A stretch of 64,000 bases of DNA from assembly GCA_050010755.1 (NCBI GenBank), contig JBEKKK010000001.1, positions 480,001 to 544,000 of the forward strand, read 5' to 3'. Under the pieces are notes generated by a model. The model searched no databases, was not told where the DNA came from, and saw nothing but the letters and a program-made list of their open reading frames with translations. Each line of letters starts with the position of its first letter. Within the stretch, counting starts at the first letter, position 1. A program made the translations under genes and the position numbers. Positions 58,922 through 64,000 of this stretch are shown one piece after another. Origin of the DNA: Candidatus Bathyarchaeia archaeon (lineage in GTDB: Archaea; Thermoproteota; Bathyarchaeia; Bathyarchaeales; Bathycorpusculaceae).

Positions 58922-60247
58922 CTACCAGCTGTGTTGCCACTCGTAGTATATTGTTGCGGTGCCGTTGACGTCCACGTTTGTGATCCATGAGAGTGTGGAG
59001 CCGACTATGGTGGCCTGAGGCGTGGTTGATACTAGGTCGTAGCCGTTGGTGTCTTGTTGGATTAGGATTTGGATGCTTGTGGGTTTGTAGTTTTGGATTG
59101 TTATGTTTATTCCTTGATCCTGGTAGTTGTTCTGGTTTATCGACTTCGTCACTGTTGAGATCACTTTGATGTCGTAGGCGTAGTTGACTACTGCGATGCT
59201 TTCCGCGTTGACGGGTGTGTATCCGATGCTGTCTTCGCCCACCCATGTGGTGCCTCGGTAGAATTCTACTGTTCCGGATGCTAGGGGCTGGTCTAAGGTG
59301 TTGTTGATGTGGTACCGGTTCTGCACTTCGCCGCCGTTCCAGAAGTATTCCTGCCGAAGACTGACAGTGCCGTTAAGCAGGGGCACCTTGACCGTGGTGC
59401 CTTCTTGGAACGACAACTTGGAGTCATAAGTGTATTCGTGATATTCGTCCGTCGTGCTTGGTGTAAAGTCTACTGAGACAGAATAGGCCTGCGCGACTAG
59501 TGGGTTAACAACGGCGAAAGGCTGCAAGATTGGGCCGTTATAGACTATGTGGGGGCCTCCGCTTACGAGGACTAGTGTGAAGTTGTTCCAGCTTTCCACG
59601 TTTTGTATCGTTGCCCAGCATTGAAGTTGGGATGTGTCAAGATCGATGAAGTATGTGGGTGTCCATTGTGGGCCTCGCATCAGATAGGAGACGTTGAGCT
59701 GGTAGTCTCCTGGCGGCGAATCCGTCGTGATCTGCACGAGTATTTTGGGTCCTTGCACCTGGACTACCTGGTTTAGAACGATTCGGGTGATGCTTGTTTC
59801 TGGGATCATTATGGTTCCGTTGTCGGCATCAAGAAGCAGCATCGTGTCCCAGCTGATGAATTTGCCCGTGTAGCTGCCATCGGTCGTATAGACGGTTATC
59901 ATGTCGCCGCTCTCGATTATCGGTTGGCTTTCTTCGCTTGTTGCGATTGTGGCAACGTCGATTCCTGAAACCGTGAGCGTGTCGGTTAACGCGCCAGATG
60001 GAAGATAAAACTGAACGGTGTTGGTGCCGTTCTCAAGCGTAATCGCTTCTTGATACTCTACGAAAGTGACACCGTTTCCGTAAACCATGACCTTGTCCGC
60101 CCTTGTTTCATCGCTCTGACTCAGGGAGTTGTCCGTGAGTGCATTATTCGTGAACTTCATAGCAAACGCGACGCCTACCGTGCAGACCGCTACGATTAGC
60201 AGGAGAGCCACCAATTTCTTTGATGAAAAACGCATAGAATTCCTCAT
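58922..60247 (-). CDS. Secreted DUF4139-like protein
   Basis: Signal peptide, VMVYGNG, VSYLMRGPQWTPTY, LTLVLVSG-like strand, PLASGTVEFY. Confidence 0.8.
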   Translation of the reverse strand: MRNSMRFSSKKLVALLLIVAVCTVGVAFAMKFTNNALTDNSLSQSDETRADKVMVYGNGVTFVEYQEAITLENGTNTVQFYLPSGALTDTLTVSGIDVATIATSEESQPIIESGDMITVYTTDGSYTGKFISWDTMLLLDADNGTIMIPETSITRIVLNQVVQVQGPKILVQITTDSPPGDYQLNVSYLMRGPQWTPTYFIDLDTSQLQCWATIQNVESWNNFTLVLVSGGPHIVYNGPILQPFAVVNPLVAQAYSVSVDFTPSTTDEYHEYTYDSKLSFQEGTTVKVPLLNGTVSLRQEYFWNGGEVQNRYHINNTLDQPLASGTVEFYRGTTWVGEDSIGYTPVNAESIAVVNYAYDIKVISTVTKSINQNNYQDQGINITIQNYKPTSIQILIQQDTNGYDLVSTTPQATIVGSTLSWITNVDVNGTATIYYEWQHSW

Positions 60248-60390
60248 TTTCGAATCCTTCCTGATTCCTCTATGCACAATGAATGAGCGTTCTATTTTAT
60301 CCTAATCTCTAGTACAGCTCAGTCTAGAAACTGGAACGGTTCCAAAAGTTACGGACGCGCGATTGTTCTGCCTCGTTCGCGCCACGATTG

Positions 60391-63300
60391 TCAGCGAAGT
60401 TTCTTTCTCTGTTTGACAGCTGCGATGGCTATGGCGATTAAAGGTATCGCGAAGGCTATCGGTAGGATGTTAGGTTGAAACTCTGGAAGGAGCTGGGTGC
60501 CTTTGATAATTATCTGATGTTCTGAATGCGTGTAATTCAGGTAGATGAACACGTACTGGGCATTTTCTGTTATGCTGAATTCTCCCTGACTCAAAGTTCT
60601 TCCATCAAAGATGACGGTCCAATCGCTGAGTGCGCCAGCGTTGAGAAGGCTTCTAGGAACGGTCACGTTGCAGAACCCTGTGCTGCTGGTTGGCCCTCCG
60701 ACGTTGAAGGCTACTTGCAGGGCGTTGGGATCGAAGGCGAAGTTGGTCACGGTTGAGTTTGTCAGTATGGGCACGTTGTACGTTCCTCCTTGATAGCTGA
60801 CTTGTTGGTTGAAGGCCGTTAGAAACGTCAAGTCCTGGAGGCTGCTCAGAGACATGTTGTTCCACGTCATGGTTGTGCTGTCCAAGGATGTTTGGTCTGG
60901 AGCAGGTACGTCGGATGGTGCCGAGAGGAGAACGGTCTGGTTGCTGCTTGATTCTCCTGTGACTGTGACAGTGAATTTCTCAAAGTCAGTTGGCGGCGTA
61001 AGATCCGATGTTGTGCTCAGCCAACTCTTCAGTTTGAACGTTATCGAGTCAACATTGTCCGCTTGGGGTTTAAGAATCAACCCGCTGAAGTTCGCGTATG
61101 CCCAATCCTGGCCGAGTTCGAATTGAGCTTGGAAGTTGTCAATGTTTATATCAGTCTCGTTGAGCAATCGCAGTTCCCACGGTAACGTGGCACCCGGTGG
61201 CAAGCGTGCCGTGGCGTTGATCTCATCTATATAGATGCTCTTCTCTCGGTTGAGTTCGGCTTCGAAGTCACCTTGAATAGTCTCTGTGGAAGCGAACGTC
61301 ATCCTCCCGTTGACCAAGTCGAACGTCGTTGTCGAAGAGTTGACGGTCGTATAAGTCGTGTTGAGGTAGGACTCGTAAAGGTATTGCAAATAGCTGGAAT
61401 TTTGGGGCGCCAAGTCTGGCAGGATAGAAACTAGGTCGTTTTGTAGTTGACTGTCATTGCTTACGAGCCACGCGTTATAAGACGTTTCACCGTTCGCGCT
61501 AGAATAGGAAGCGTTTAATCCCGCGTCCTTCACGGCGTACGATGTCGCGTTGACGATCTTGAGCAACGCTGCCATCTGGGTTTCTGTCAAGACTGACGAC
61601 CAAGAAGTAGGCGTCGTGGGCGGCACTAACGTGATGAGGTTGTCATACAGTGTCTGTGAATCGCAGGTCAGATGCAAATTCACTTGGGCAATCTGCGACT
61701 CGTAATAATAGCTGAGTACTAGAGAAGCGTTTCTTACCGAAGCATCGGCAGATTCCAGCGTGGCGTGGACGAGTTGCTGCAGATAATCGTCTGTGTATCC
61801 TGACGGAAGCATTAGCGCGGCTAGGGCTCCCGTAAAATCGCCAGTGATCGTGCCGTTGTACATGACGTCTTGACCGAGCGTTGGGTCAGACCACGGGATC
61901 TGTGTTAGGTTCAAATAGTTGCATGTTGAGTAGCCTGAGGTTTCATTATAGAGCGAGTTAGGTCCTTGTCCTGTGAAGTTGGCATTCAGGTTAGCGACGA
62001 ACTGGTTGACGTTGGTCTCATTTACCTGTAGGTCATCGAAGCTTGAATACGTGACGTTCACGTTGCCGTTGAATTGGAGGCTGGTTCGGTTGCCGCTGAA
62101 GTTCACGGTCACGTCGCCAAACGGGAATCCTGCGATAGTGTGGAAGGTGATGTTTCCCTCCACCGTTGTTTCGTCGAAATTTGCGATAATCGTGGCGTCC
62201 GACATGTTGAACGGAAAAACTGTGTTTAGAGCGGTTGTCGGCAGGGTCGTTTGGCCGGTGATGTCTACGTTAAACAGTCCTCCTGAGTACGCGGCGTCAA
62301 GATTGAAGTCCGTGGTGTTGTAGGGGTAAACCGAAGCTTCTTCCTGGGGCAATGTTGTTGAGGCGCTTATTGTGTCGTCCTGGATTCCGTTCTCGTAAAC
62401 CTCGCTTGCATGAATCTCGGTTGCGTTTAGGCTCGAATAGGGGCTTCCTGAGAAAACAACAGTGCCGTTAGAAGTTTCGGTCGTCGTGTTTCCTGTCGTT
62501 TCGAAACCTATACTAGCGTTCATTGGGGGCACGTACGTGTTTTCCGGGTACATGTTCGTGAAATTGAGTGCTCCGTCCACAGCGACGGTGGCGTCGGGAT
62601 AGACTTTGAAGTTGACCTGTATCTTGTTCGAAGGAGCGTCGAAAAGCGTGTAGTTATATTGCATTGAGAGAGGCAGGTTGTCCAGCTCGTTTATGTTGCC
62701 ACCAGGGTAAGACAGGAGTATGGAGCTCACGTTCGTGGGATTAAAGTGGTAATAAGCAATTTCAGGGCCTGAAAAATTCAAGTAAGCCCAACAAATGCCT
62801 ATGCTAAAGTTTTCCTGCTCATACTCATAATCATCTACGATGTTTCCCCAGATTGTTTGTCCCTCTCCCAGCAAACCCATAGCGCTCACCCGGAACTGTC
62901 CAGCTACGGTTACATTGAATTCTATTCCGACTTCAAGATAATTGAAAAGACCGTCGTTGTCAGTGTCGACGCCTCGGTCCGAGATGCGCCCGGTCAGGAA
63001 TGCGTAAACATCGAATTCGGTGTAACGGTAGACCCTTGACAGGGCGACCCAAGATTTGACGTCCAAATACATACCGTTGTCGAGAGAGTAAAGAGAGATC
63101 TCGCCGATGTGTTGGATATTTACGCCAGAGCTAAAAATGGTGGGGCCGCTGAAGGTTACGTTCAGATACTGAATGCCCGTGTCGAGAAAGCCTTGTTGGT
63201 AACCGACGGGGCTTAGCGGGATGCTTTCGTTGATATATGCGCCAAAGAGGTTGGAAGCTAAGACTTCAAAGTTTCCGGCGACTGTCACGTTGATTTGAAC

Positions 63301-63477
63301 GTCGATTTCCAAGTAATCGTACAAACCGTTGCCGTTAGTGTCAACACCATGATCGAGAATGTTGCCCAGAGTTGCCTCAGGATACTGAGCAACAGCAGAT
63401 AACCTGTATGACATCGACAACGTTGAGATTAAAAGAAGAATAACTGCCACCATAGTCAAAAACTTTCGGCCTTCCAT
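60391..63477 (-). CDS. Large surface glycoprotein with PEF-type C-terminal sorting signal
   Basis: Signal peptide; two D.GVDT..GL..YLE repeats; many N-x-S/T sequons; C-terminal LPEF + TM + KQRKKLR. Confidence 0.85.
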   Translation of the reverse strand: MEGRKFLTMVAVILLLISTLSMSYRLSAVAQYPEATLGNILDHGVDTNGNGLYDYLEIDVQINVTVAGNFEVLASNLFGAYINESIPLSPVGYQQGFLDTGIQYLNVTFSGPTIFSSGVNIQHIGEISLYSLDNGMYLDVKSWVALSRVYRYTEFDVYAFLTGRISDRGVDTDNDGLFNYLEVGIEFNVTVAGQFRVSAMGLLGEGQTIWGNIVDDYEYEQENFSIGICWAYLNFSGPEIAYYHFNPTNVSSILLSYPGGNINELDNLPLSMQYNYTLFDAPSNKIQVNFKVYPDATVAVDGALNFTNMYPENTYVPPMNASIGFETTGNTTTETSNGTVVFSGSPYSSLNATEIHASEVYENGIQDDTISASTTLPQEEASVYPYNTTDFNLDAAYSGGLFNVDITGQTTLPTTALNTVFPFNMSDATIIANFDETTVEGNITFHTIAGFPFGDVTVNFSGNRTSLQFNGNVNVTYSSFDDLQVNETNVNQFVANLNANFTGQGPNSLYNETSGYSTCNYLNLTQIPWSDPTLGQDVMYNGTITGDFTGALAALMLPSGYTDDYLQQLVHATLESADASVRNASLVLSYYYESQIAQVNLHLTCDSQTLYDNLITLVPPTTPTSWSSVLTETQMAALLKIVNATSYAVKDAGLNASYSSANGETSYNAWLVSNDSQLQNDLVSILPDLAPQNSSYLQYLYESYLNTTYTTVNSSTTTFDLVNGRMTFASTETIQGDFEAELNREKSIYIDEINATARLPPGATLPWELRLLNETDINIDNFQAQFELGQDWAYANFSGLILKPQADNVDSITFKLKSWLSTTSDLTPPTDFEKFTVTVTGESSSNQTVLLSAPSDVPAPDQTSLDSTTMTWNNMSLSSLQDLTFLTAFNQQVSYQGGTYNVPILTNSTVTNFAFDPNALQVAFNVGGPTSSTGFCNVTVPRSLLNAGALSDWTVIFDGRTLSQGEFSITENAQYVFIYLNYTHSEHQIIIKGTQLLPEFQPNILPIAFAIPLIAIAIAAVKQRKKLR

Positions 63478-63568
63478 CTTTCCCCGCCCTCTTCAATGCA
63501 ACTAGCTGTTATACTAACATGTTGTCAAGGCTTAAATAGTTTTCACGCAAGAACAACCGATTGGGGAA

Positions 63569-64000
63569 TTGCTGACGAGGCTACTCACGTTCTGTTTCAG
63601 AAATCTTCTTCGTAGGAGGATGAGAACGTTCCTTTGCATTCTGGGAGTGGCTATCGCGGCGACCTTTGTCGTTGCCATAGGCGCCACCAGCATGAGGTAC
63701 ACGACAGTCGTGCGACAGGTGAACGTGCTCTTCAATGGACAAGTGACCGTGGTGAGCAAGGACGCGATTGTAATCCAAGCTATTCCGGTAGGTGGCGGTA
63801 TGCTGCCGGAAGGTTCGACGGTGGAAAAAATATTTGCAGTTCCAGGTGTCAGTTCAGTCACTCCTATTCTTTTTCTCCTGCCAGTGGGCCCCCAAGGCGT
63901 TGTCCAAGCTCTGCCAGTAAATTTTACGATGGGCTTGCCTGTTGAGGATTGGTGGTCTATCCTTGGACCTGTGTCCATGAGGAAAAATGGGCAGCTTCCG
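63569..64000 (+). CDS. ABC transporter permease, MacB/FtsX family (3' partial)
   Basis: FRNLLRRRMRTFLCILGVAIAATFVVAI N-terminus; frame runs off window end. Confidence 0.85.
   Translation, partial: MLTRLLTFCFRNLLRRRMRTFLCILGVAIAATFVVAIGATSMRYTTVVRQVNVLFNGQVTVVSKDAIVIQAIPVGGGMLPEGSTVEKIFAVPGVSSVTPILFLLPVGPQGVVQALPVNFTMGLPVEDWWSILGPVSMRKNGQLP

Overview
Archaeal chromosomal window, most likely Bathyarchaeia or a related TACK lineage. This is inferred from gene content: PolD DP1+DP2, Elf1, Alba, Spt4, DUF2070, GGGP synthase and a PEF-type C-terminal sorting signal. It is mostly core genome: an aIF2-gamma/PIN/rpoE/spt4/DPCK/rps24e/rps27ae cluster, the rpl3-rpl4-rpl23-rpl2-rps19 operon, pyrE, ahcY, an MgtE/TrkA-C cassette, ABC transporters, an intron-containing tRNA-Ser(CGA), udp, katG, PolD, cdc6 with an ORB-containing replication origin (~36.1-36.9 kb), nadE, glyA, a porGDAB-type oxidoreductase, NAD kinase/Nob1 and secreted proteins. 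An AT-rich accessory island (~23.5-26.9 kb) holds a coupled wHTH + PLD-like nuclease pair, a nuclease fragment and an unusual, fully foldable tRNA-like gene (GCT anticodon, short variable arm, A18/G55) with its own promoter. Other leads: a three-gene module beside oriC including a membrane-anchored coiled-coil wHTH protein among TGTGA(C/A) motifs; several phased intergenic motif arrays; structured leaders upstream of rpl3 and mgtE; CTG/ATC start codons; and a GIY-YIG-APS-kinase fusion. All calls come from reading motifs by eye; no database search was run.
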